Part shown: positions 10,147-20,476 of the stretch, one piece after another
How positions within the stretch are numbered: position 1 is the first letter of the stretch
Layout: each line of letters begins with the position of its first letter
NCBI RefSeq assembly: GCF_001194135.2
Contig: NC_068997.1
Span: 28,164,861 to 28,202,174 of the forward strand
Direction of reading: 5' to 3'
From: Octopus bimaculoides
Taxonomy: Eukaryota
Length of the DNA: 37,314 bases
Program-made: the position numbers and the translations under genes
Notes under the pieces: generated by a model
The model's database searches: none
The model's input: only the letters and a program-made list of their open reading frames with translations
What the model was told of the DNA's origin: nothing

Positions 10147-10629
10147 TTTTGAAAATCCTAGAATGTAAATGTCTTTAAGATTTCTGAATATATAAACATA
10201 TCACTAAATGCAAGAAGACTTGAGCATGCTGTTGAGTATGCAAAAGCGATGAGAAAGAAGCGAGCATCGAGTCAAGATGCGACTTTGGTGGTCAACACAA
10301 TGGCGCCTACACAGCAGACGTCACCTCAACACATCACAAAAATACGAGAAAACAGGAGAAAATTTTTTTTTTTTTAATGTTCAACCAAAAGTAAATATCA
10401 TTGCCTTTAAAATTTTGATCTTGAATATAATAGTGAAAATATTACAAAAATATTTTAAAATAATTATTTAAAAATCTAGTCATTTTTAAAAGGGTTCTTT
10501 TCATTTTATTTATTTATTACTTTTTTTTCGATAGATTGTATAAGAGAATTTCTGCAGTGGGGGGAAGTTTAAATAACGGAATAGACATTAACATCAACAT
10601 TTTTGAATAGTAAACTCTGCCTACAAATG

Positions 10630-10645
10630 TTCATTGGCCAATGAA
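10630..10645. promoter_or_regulatory. Perfect 16-bp palindrome TTCATTGGCCAATGAA with back-to-back CCAAT boxes (candidate NF-Y site)
   Basis: The palindrome is directly visible; factor identity is inferred. Confidence 0.6.
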
Positions 10646-10664
10646 AAAGGAGCTTATAAATTAG

Positions 10665-10737
10665 GTTGTCAATCAATGCACCACAACAACATCTTCCAAG
10701 AGTGAAGCTTGTAAACTGTGTTGTCAATCACTGCACC
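10665..10737 (-). promoter_or_regulatory. Two TGATTGACAA motifs (PBX/PREP decamer-like) within an 18-bp direct repeat
   Basis: GTTGTCAATCAATGCACC (10665-10682) and GTTGTCAATCACTGCACC (10720-10737), 17/18 identical. Confidence 0.5.
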
Positions 10738-10852
10738 GCCGCCACCCCCACTATTGACACTACTACCGCCGTCACTGCCCCCCACCACCACTATTACTAC
10801 TACTACCACCACTCTCACCGCTACTACTACTACTACAGCAACAACAACATCT
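10735..10852 (+). repeat. Mixed (ACC)/(ACT)/(ACA) trinucleotide tract upstream of the UBALD start codon
   Basis: CCACCACCACTATTACTACTACTACCACC...CTACTACTACTACAGCAACAACAAC. Confidence 0.85.
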
Positions 10853-10880
10853 TTGGAATATTGAAGCCAGAAGTAGGTGA

Positions 10881-11066
<186 letters not shown>

Positions 11067-11274
11067 TGAATAAATGAAAACAACATTCTTTCTAATGTCT
11101 CTCAGACATGAATAGAAGACTGTTATGGAAACATGGCTAATGTTTATCTTATGACGGCTAACATTCTCTTCTATAATTATAGCTTTAATTTCTACTGTAC
11201 ATTCTAATCAAATATTTTTTTCGATAATTATTAGTTTGACATATTAATATTTAATTTTAAATCTCTAATTTCAG

Positions 11275-11358
11275 GCAGCACTTAGTATGTTTTTCCAAGA
11301 TTCTTCTGTTCCCATGTGTCGAACGTGCAACGGCAGCCATGCGAACGGAAGCTATTCG
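11275..11358 (+). CDS. UBALD1: UBALD family protein, coding exon 2, 84 nt, phase 0
   Basis: Acceptor TTTCAG at 11269-11274 and donor TCG|GTGAGC. Encodes AALSMFFQDSSVPMCRTCNGSHANGSYS, versus human TALSTFFQETNIP. Confidence 0.92.
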
Positions 11359-11661
11359 GTGAGCACCAGTCTCTCTCTCTAACTCTATCTCTCTGTCTCT
11401 CTCTTATTTTATTTTATTTTATTTTTATTATTAACTATTTTAAAACCAGCTTTTTGTTATCTTGTATCGGGATTGTTTCGTTTTATAACAAATTACCATT
11501 TGATGATCTCATTTATATCCATGAACCCCTACCTCACTTCGCCATCCTATTGCTTAATTCGTTTGTGAATATCGTGTATTTGTAATTAAAACGATATCTT
11601 AGTATGTATCTATTCTTCCAAGTATCTCTTTAATATTTAGGTATATGATGTATTTGTGTAT

Positions 11662-11699
<38 letters not shown>

Positions 11700-12037
11700 N
11701 NNNNNNNNNNNNNNNNNNNNNNNNNNNNNNNNNNNNNNNNNNNNNNNNNNNNNNNNNNNNNNNNNNNNNNNNNNNNNNNNNNNNNNNNNNNNNNNNNNNN
11801 NNNNNNNNNNNNNNNNNNNNNNNNNNNNNNNNNNNNNNNNNNNNNNNNNNNNNNNNNNNNNNNNNNNNNNNNNNNNNNNNNNNNNNNNNNNNNNNNNNNN
11901 NNNNNNNNNNNNNNNNNNNNNNNNNNNNNNNNNNNNNNNNNNNNNNNNNNNNNNNNNNNNNNNNNNNNNNNNNNNNNNNNNNNNNNNNNNNNNNNNNNNN
12001 NNNNNNNNNNNNNNNNNNNNNNNNNNNNNNNNNNNNN
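11700..12037. other. Assembly gap inside a (TA)n microsatellite
   Basis: N run flanked by (TA)n on both sides. Confidence 1.
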
Positions 12038-12778
12038 ATATATATATATATATATATATATACTTTATTTAAAAGCAGCAGAAATATAACAAAAAAACCG
12101 TTACTCTGAGTTTATATATATATATATATATATGCTCAAGTATTTTAAACCAGGATTTATTTTTATTTATTTGGCCCGATTATCGAGTCTCGCTCCACAA
12201 CTGACACGTCCAAATCTTTCAGCCTGCTAGAGAGAGAGTGTGGTAGTTGTGTTGTTTAAATCGATGTTTAACATGGTTGGCTGAAAATAATAAATAAGGG
12301 GGGAAAAAAGGTTATGCTCAGTCTTGTTCACTCTTAACTACAATGCAGTTGTCAGTTGACACCTGTTCTAACTTGACTTCGCTTTAATATAATATATAAA
12401 TAGGTAAACGTGTGCGTGTATGTGATTAATGATCAATGTTATGATGACACAACTCTATGAGCAATATTGATTTGTTTTGAAAATAACCATCTTTACATTG
12501 TTACATAGGGGTATTTTAATAAGGCTTTTTTAATTTACAGCGATATTGCCCGTTTTGTTTTTTTCATATATCATTACCACTTGACGCTGGTCTTTTTTTT
12601 TTAATGTTATTTCTATTATCATTCTCCCCTTGCTCCTTAAATTAGAAAAGCGTTGTTATTTAATTATCTCGTTCAATTGATGGTCCATGTGACCAGTAAT
12701 TGGATTTAGATTTGGTAAGGCCTCCTCTAAGCTACATAAATAAAGCTTAGCGGAACCCTTCAAAAAATTATCACAACG

Positions 12779-12883
12779 TTTCACGAATTTGAAAACCTGC
12801 TTTTTAATTATTTTGATGCCTCCAGCTTGTTTTCACGAATTTGAAAACATGCTTTTTAATTATTTTGATGCCTCTAAGCTTGC
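12779..12883 (+). repeat. Two-unit tandem duplication, period 52 bp
   Basis: TTTCACGAATTTGAAAAC(C/A)TGCTTTTTAATTATTTTGATGCCTC occurs twice. Confidence 0.92.
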
Positions 12884-15317
12884 TTAGCTTATATACCTAA
12901 ACCCAGTATTACGAGTGACTAAGACGGAAACTAGGTAAAAAATAAAAACTACCTCTTCTCTTCGAAGCTCCCCTCTTTGTTGCTTTTAGTATATGCAGGC
13001 AAACTAACTGTATGTTAGTGTATGATATCGATTAAGCAATCGATCTACTGGTGGTATATTATGCACTAATAGAAGCACCGGTAATTAACGATTGTTTAAT
13101 GTCAAGGTCAAACGTTTGATATTATTTTTTTTTTTTTTTAATTGTTTTCATCGTGGGTGGCTTATTGAATTTTTTAAAAGTCAGTTTCGAAGATATTTAT
13201 TTTCCTTCATTTTTCAAGAATTATTTTTGTCAAACGAGTAAATTATATTTAATTCTCATTTTAATATGTCAGTTGAACTCGGCTTCTATATTAATTTATT
13301 CCGTCTCACACTGGTATCAAGCAATTTCACTGCTTCAAAATCGATTCAGTCTTCATACAAAAATATCTATCATTGATCGGACCTGCATTTTTATTTGTAT
13401 GTACTTCTGTAATATATTGAAACCAAACGTATAGATTAGGATCAATCATATTTGATCGTTACTCTTGTATTCATTGATTCGTATGGTTTTTGCGACACTA
13501 CTTTGAAATCTTGTTGACGTTTGAAATAATAACAGTGTAAGCATTTAATGTACTTACACTATTACTATTGTTATTAAATATTATTATGAAATAAGACCGT
13601 CCGTTTATATTATATATACGATTCGTGCTGTACTGTTACGCTAGTACTATTTATTGTTTGCCTATTATTGTTGCTATTGTAACTGTGAAAGCTATTATAG
13701 GGAATATATCTGCTAGCAATCTATTGTAGATTGTTTGGAGGAAGTAGCAGCGAACCTCACATTCAAATAAACAGTGAAGCATCTTGTGCACCTGATCAAT
13801 GCATGTTGCTTGTTATCAGTCGTCGGTGCGTGGGATTTTCAAGGCAGCATGTTCAATCGTTTATTTTTAAACTACTATACCATTTTCGTTATAGTTGTTA
13901 TGAATTGTATTCTATTCGTAATTCATTAACCAAGATCTTTCTTTTTCTAAATGTTTCACTGGTGTCTGAGGTATACATATTGTGTGTGTGTGTGTGTAAT
14001 ATTTCGCTTGAGGAGCAGGGGAAAAACAGGTTAAACAAGAAAAATCGATAATTAATCAATAGGTTTTACGGGGATTTACATTCAGTAAATTGATGTGAAG
14101 GAATTTTTTAAAACGGATAAATCGTATTATAGTGTTTCGTAAGACATAATAATATATTAACTATATCAAATTGTTGTCAAGGATTTTTACATAATGTACT
14201 TATACGAGATGTGTATATTAAAATATATCGTGTATATTTAGTAAATCGTGAGAAAAATGGGTATATTTCTAATGAATTAATGCTGCTCCTCCTGTTCAAC
14301 CTGCTATACTGGTTGGCTGTTTTCTATTTTTATCAATGGCCTTTCATCGTATTTCAAGTTGCTCCCTCTCCCTTTTCTAATAGATTGATTTTCATTTGTT
14401 AGCCCCTTTTTATTTGTGCGGCTCCCTTTCCTTTGGTTGTAATCCCTTTTCTATTTTTCGAAGGATACAAATTCTGTAATTTGCAAACTAGCTGCAGTTT
14501 TGATGCTGATTTTTCTAGAATCGATTAATTTTGTAGATTTGATCCGTTTTTGTTTCTCGTATTATTACTCAACCAATTATAAAATCTGCTGAGAAAGTGA
14601 GAGATTATTATGGGGGAGTGCATGAATGGAAACGACCGGCTTTTCATCGTTGCTTTCGAATTGTGAATGACAAACAGGATGGATGGGAAATGAAATATGT
14701 TGGGATTTGTATCTTTTTGTTTCTTTCTATGGTATGTTATGGTTTTTATGTGATCTACTAAAGGTAATGTTGGGTGGGCTCAGAATAATGCCTTTATCAA
14801 TAAAGGCATTATTCCAGCAGCACAACTCGGATATTAAAATGAAATTAGAGATTCTGCAAAAATAAAAAAATTATTTCCAATGGAACGAAAATATTTTTAG
14901 TTATTTATCTAATTGTTTTGTTCATCCTTTGAATAGTTAATAATTCAATTATGATTAAATCAATATATATATATATATATATATTATGAAAATAAATAGC
15001 ACTACGGTTTCCTTTCAAATTATTGTACATCTTGTATGTTATATTTAAAATTAGGCCATAAACGTTGTGTCTATTCTATATTCTCTTAAGACCTGCTAGT
15101 AATTAAAATGGTTTTTAATGCCCTGCCTCCCAAAATAATTTTCTGGGAGCAAAGAAAACATCAAGGCAACTAGAAATAAATATTGTCTGCAAACATTGAA
15201 GTTTGTTATCGGAAAAGAAAAATAATGTTGAAAAGTTTGTTGCAACCAACTTCAATTTCTCCGGAAATAGTCCTTCGTCAATTCATTTCCCATTAAATAT
15301 TTCTAGAATTGCGATTT

Positions 15318-16033
15318 NNNNNNNNNNNNNNNNNNNNNNNNNNNNNNNNNNNNNNNNNNNNNNNNNNNNNNNNNNNNNNNNNNNNNNNNNNNNNNNNNNN
15401 NNNNNNNNNNNNNNNNNNNNNNNNNNNNNNNNNNNNNNNNNNNNNNNNNNNNNNNNNNNNNNNNNNNNNNNNNNNNNNNNNNNNNNNNNNNNNNNNNNNN
15501 NNNNNNNNNNNNNNNNNNNNNNNNNNNNNNNNNNNNNNNNNNNNNNNNNNNNNNNNNNNNNNNNNNNNNNNNNNNNNNNNNNNNNNNNNNNNNNNNNNNN
15601 NNNNNNNNNNNNNNNNNNNNNNNNNNNNNNNNNNNNNNNNNNNNNNNNNNNNNNNNNNNNNNNNNNNNNNNNNNNNNNNNNNNNNNNNNNNNNNNNNNNN
15701 NNNNNNNNNNNNNNNNNNNNNNNNNNNNNNNNNNNNNNNNNNNNNNNNNNNNNNNNNNNNNNNNNNNNNNNNNNNNNNNNNNNNNNNNNNNNNNNNNNNN
15801 NNNNNNNNNNNNNNNNNNNNNNNNNNNNNNNNNNNNNNNNNNNNNNNNNNNNNNNNNNNNNNNNNNNNNNNNNNNNNNNNNNNNNNNNNNNNNNNNNNNN
15901 NNNNNNNNNNNNNNNNNNNNNNNNNNNNNNNNNNNNNNNNNNNNNNNNNNNNNNNNNNNNNNNNNNNNNNNNNNNNNNNNNNNNNNNNNNNNNNNNNNNN
16001 NNNNNNNNNNNNNNNNNNNNNNNNNNNNNNNNN
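15318..16033. other. Assembly gap (716 N) not flanked by a microsatellite
   Basis: N run with unique-looking flanks. Confidence 1.
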
Positions 16034-16035
16034 CT

Positions 16036-16104
16036 TCACATAGTGTATCTCCTGCAAGTCAGCTTGACAGAGCCCATCCCTCTCTCCAAGCAGGAAGTGT
16101 TTGA
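16036..16104 (+). CDS. Candidate 3' end of the UBALD terminal coding exon emerging from the gap
   Basis: Open frame SHSVSPASQLDRAHPSLQAGSV-TGA, about 50% GC, dropping to AT-rich sequence with AATAAA near 16119. Weak resemblance to the human UBALD1 C-terminus (RAHPAMEAER). Unproven. Confidence 0.35.
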   Translation, partial: SHSVSPASQLDRAHPSLQAGSV

Positions 16105-17811
16105 CTTACTCCGAAGCTAAATAAATATATTTGTCAAACTTACAATGAATTGTTCTTAATCCTCTAACACCTAATTTCTCGATAGGAAAATTGCGGCATT
16201 TAAAATTTAGCGTTGGTCATAAAATACAGATTCTGGTTAGCTAATTGTCCAAGTACACCAACTATGCCCATAGTTTCTTTCCTTCTTTTTTTTTTTTTTA
16301 AATTAGAAAAATTTATTTTGATGTTGCCATAAAAATTAAATTTTCACAAAGAAAAATCTAATTAAAATTTTTTAATCAATACATCATATAGTTTATGACC
16401 TTGGAATAACTTGATTTAGTCCTAGAACTCTTAAATACTATTATTTATAGGATGACCTTATTTCTCTGTTTACAAATGCAATTATTGATGTGTGTGTATA
16501 CATCTACGCATATAATATAGAATATAGTGGCGAGTTTCTCTTTCCGAAATCTTTCGATGTGTATAGTTTAAATTTTCTAATGTCTAAAAAATTTTTTAAT
16601 TGCTGTTTGAAAAGTATTCGTTATAACTTGCCAAATAGATATTTGAAATGAGACCAGGTGTACTTATGACAAGCTAGACTACTTTGTGTGTATGTGTGTA
16701 ATTCAATAGCTTATAGTAAGTAATCTGTTTTGGCAGGCTGAGATACACAACATTGTTACAATTAGAAACAAAATCCAGCGAAACTGGCCGGTAAAAATAT
16801 TTATTAGTTTCAAGTAAAATTGCTACAATTAGTTTTCTTGGTTGGAATTTTTACCAACTCTTAATTCTATCTATGAGCATTTGTTTTTTCGAAAGAGAAA
16901 TCTGAAGATATAAGGCTATTTATATTCATTTGGGGGGGAGGTTCCCCCCTTTAATATTAATTTCTTTCGAGTGGAATTAGTAGACGTTAACGATCAATAG
17001 CGTGTCTACCGTTCTTCTGTAACGTTGCACATTCAGTGGGATTCTTTAAAAAAAAAAAAGGAGAGGCTAACAATTGAGGTTAGTCGAGTTTCTTAATGAA
17101 CATGTCGTCTCTTCTCTCTATCCTTTCCTTCCACCTTACCAAAGCCTTCACCTACCCCCCCCCCGCACTCATTACATCTCTTCCGCTCAACCCTAGTCCC
17201 CTTCGTTGACTGCCACTGCTCTAGGATTCCAGACTAACTGGCCTACTACCTTGCCGTTCATACTGTCAGCATCATTCCTGGTAGTTGTGCTTGGAATGCC
17301 CAGACAATTGGACAGGATTACCGTACTGTTGTGCCATTTTTAGATCAATGGCTGTTCACAACATAACATAGTATTAAAATATATATAAAAGCAAAATTAA
17401 ATATTTGTGTATCAGTTAAATGCTAAAAGTACTTTGAATCACTGTGTCCCTTCCTTTGAAGACAATATAGAAATATCTGGATGTGGTTTTAGCAGTTTTA
17501 ATATCCTCATAGACTCCCTCATGGCGATTGCTTCTTATACAACATTTAAAATTCATGAATTTAGGGAATTCTTAACTTACATTTCCATCTTAGATGTTGA
17601 AAGAAAATTAAAATGTGGCAGTAATTGTGACTCAGAAGATGAGATAATTTAAAGAAATTAAGAGTTAATTTATTAATTTACATTCTTAATTTGATCTTCT
17701 GGCTGGCAAGCCAACAGCTACAAACATGTTTTGGCCTTATTGGGTCTTGTCAGTAAAGTATCTTTATTGCTCACTGCTCTATTGTCCAATAGAACTTGTA
17801 GTGGAGATGTT

Positions 17812-18025
17812 GGTATTTAGATTACTTTGTCAAATGTAATGTTTATATATTCACATCTGGAATTTCTCATGCATTTTCTCATAGCTTTGATATTTCAATG
17901 ATGTGATTGTTTATTTTTAGAATGACATTGTTGTGTAAATGTGAGAGGCTGGATCTGGCCAGTCTGAATATAAAATAGGAAGAATATCTGGGTTGAATAT
18001 GGCTGTTTAAATGCTAAGCGATTAA
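17812..18025 (+). mobile_element. TTAA-type MITE, same family as 2181-2305
   Basis: Shares its internal sequence with the 2.2 kb copy and ends in AATGCTAAGCGATTAA. Confidence 0.6.
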
Positions 18026-18489
18026 ACAAGTTAACATTGTCATGGTCCAATCGATTCTTATTCTGTTATTGCCCTCCAAGACAGGTTGGAGAACCATGTC
18101 TTGGCTTTCATTTTTTGGTTTTGTTTCTCTGGCTGGATGCTCTTCTGATCACCCACAACTTTACAGAGGGTACTTAGTGCATTTTATCAACAGTAAATTT
18201 GGAAAAGATTATAAATTCCTATTTTCATTCTCCATTGTAAATCAGGTGCATTAACTTTTTTTCTTAACTTCTTATGCAGTGAAATGGTAGTCCTTAGAAC
18301 AAATAACAAAATACCTTGCGGTTTGTATTCTGAGTCTCTATTCAAATCTCAACAAGTCACATTTGATTTTCATGGTTTCTGAGGTTGGATGAACAAGAAT
18401 GTTAGATTATAGGATATACCTTGTACTTTTTCTGGATGTGCATTGGAATTAGATATGTTAACAGAAAAAAACAAAAACAGATTTTGTAT

Positions 18490-19890
18490 GTGGTAGATAC
18501 ACAGGAACAATAAACACTAAGAGTGCATGGGAAAATAGATGTTCTCAAATGCCCAGAAGAATCCCTAAAGGTTGTAGATAGCTTGTTATGACCTAATTAA
18601 GTGGTGGAGGATATTTTGAAAGTATGGTAGTCAGAGTAAGAACAGGCTGGAGAAGGTCCAGTATGTTACTGCCTCCTATGTTAGCAATAATAAGTTTCTC
18701 CCTCAGTGAAAGATAGACTATATGATGCTTGCGTATGAGTTCGTAGTGAGATGTTGACTCAGAAGAAGCAAGCTTATTCTGCTGGCCATGCAGTACCATT
18801 GTACATGAACAACAATACAAATGAATTTAGAGAAAGCTGAGTGTAAGAGAAATCATATGTAGTGTGCATTAGGAAGACTGTTGGCTTAGGCATGTTATGT
18901 GTATAGATGAGGAGAGTTGGATAAGGTGCTGATGGCTTACAGTAGATGGAAACTGTGAAAGAGGGGAAATCCAGGAAAATAGGAGTTAGGTATTAAAACT
19001 TGATCAGGTTATGTTGAGCTGAACACAGGAATTGATAAAGGACTGAGGTGAATGGCAATATACAGCACTTGAGAAAACATGTCCAGCTATGCTGGCACAA
19101 CCTAACTGAGTATCTGGATGGATGATGTGTATACAGACAACTGATTCCCTCACTCAATGTCCCTGTGAAGTCTATAACTGCTTCCTTCTCTCCAGCCACT
19201 TCCTATTCACATCTCTCTCTCATTCTTGTTATCAACACTGTTCATATTTACCATCGTCTAACCATCTTTTTTGTTCAAATTTATCTCTCACTTTAACCTC
19301 CACCCACATGCAACCTTAGCCCCTGCTCATCCTTCTATTGCTTTTCTATCTGCTGTATTATTTTGCTCCTATAAGTAAGGAAAGTGGAGCCTATTATTAT
19401 GTAGCATATATCACCACTTCAGTCCTCCATCCATCCTTCAGTTTCCATGTTCTCTTCTATTCACCTTTTTGTATGTGTCACCTTGAGGGCACCTTGTCAG
19501 CATCATCTCTACCTCTCTTTCTCGCACTACTCCAACCACCCTTAACTACCCATGTAAAATGCGATTTAGCCACGAATCTCCTCCACAACAATAAACATGT
19601 TCCTACCATCATAACCGTGTACCTGTTCCTATCTCTTAACATCTAACATGGAGCAACCACCATACCTCCTATCCTCCCTCTCGGGTAAGGCAGCTTTTTA
19701 GCGCTTTAGTTTTGTCAGTTACTAGGTGACCTCACTAGCACTGGTGCTACAAAAAAAAAACACACCATGCATACTTTGTAAAGTGGTTGATATTAAGAAG
19801 GAAGAGGATCCACCTGTCAAAACTGAGACACCGGTACAAGATGTCGTCTTCTGACCCATTGGATCCTGTCCAAGTCTCTGATTCATGCCA
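18490..19890 (+). mobile_element. 5'-truncated RTE-clade LINE (decayed RT end, polypyrimidine 3' UTR, family C tail)
   Basis: Frames read GGGYFESMVVRVRTGWRR, VKDRLYDACV and RKLSVREIICSVH*EDCWLRHVMCIDEESWIR..TVDGNCERG, which are typical of RTE ORF C-termini. Confidence 0.8.
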
Positions 19891-19923
19891 GCTCCGAAAG
19901 TGTATATAAAAATTAAATATACA

Positions 19924-20247
19924 GGCTGTGTGGTAAGAAGCTTACTTCCCAACCACATGCTTCCAGGTTCAGTCCCACTGCAAGTGTCTTCTACTATAAG
20001 CTCCAGAAAACCAAAGCCTTGTGGGTGGATTTGATAGACAGAAACTGTGTGTGTGTGGTTGTCCCTTCCTCCATCACAGCTTGATAACTGATGTTGGTGT
20101 GTTTACATCCTCATAACTTAGCAGTTCAGCAAAAGAGATTAGAATAAGTACTAGGCTTAAGAAATAAATCCTAGGGTTGATTTTAGTAAAAAAAAAAACC
20201 TTCGAGGCGGTGCTCCAGCATGGCCACAGTCAAATAAGTAAAAGAAA
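19924..20247 (+). mobile_element. SINE family A, full architecture
   Basis: A-box-like GGCTGTGTGGT, B-box-like GGTTCAGTCCC, (TG)n, and tail ending GGTGCTCCAGCATGGCCACAGTCAAAT..AAGTAAAAG. Confidence 0.8.
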
Positions 20248-20249
20248 TA

Positions 20250-20476
20250 TTAGGTTGGTGCATGATTATTGTAGTTTTTTTTTTCAATAAATTTTATTCA
20301 CCAAAGCAATAACAACAATTAAAGATCTCTTTAAATGATTATTCCGGAGCATATTCACTATCTACTTCAATTACTGCTTCTCATTTGCTTGGCAGACGGT
20401 CAGACCGTCATTTAAAGATGTTTTTATTGAATAAAATTTGTTGAATATAAGCCTCAATAATTCTGCTCCAACCTTA
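20250..20476 (-). mobile_element. Mariner-derived MITE with about 50-bp TIRs and TA target duplication
   Basis: TA|TTAGGTTGGTGCA...TGCTCCAACCTTA|TA, with AATTTTATTCA / TGAATAAAATT as inner TIR ends. The minus strand encodes DRLPSK*EAVIEVDSEYAPE*, a mariner C-terminus. Confidence 0.85.

Noticed and set aside
11645-12109. Long ORFs spanning N runs (also 15203-16120 and 29949-30921)
   Set aside because: They are artefacts of X codons across assembly gaps.
17060-17350. Pyrimidine- and GC-richer block, possibly a retroelement or exon
   Set aside because: No recognisable protein motif was found in the frames I checked, and it does not match the other repeat families in the window.
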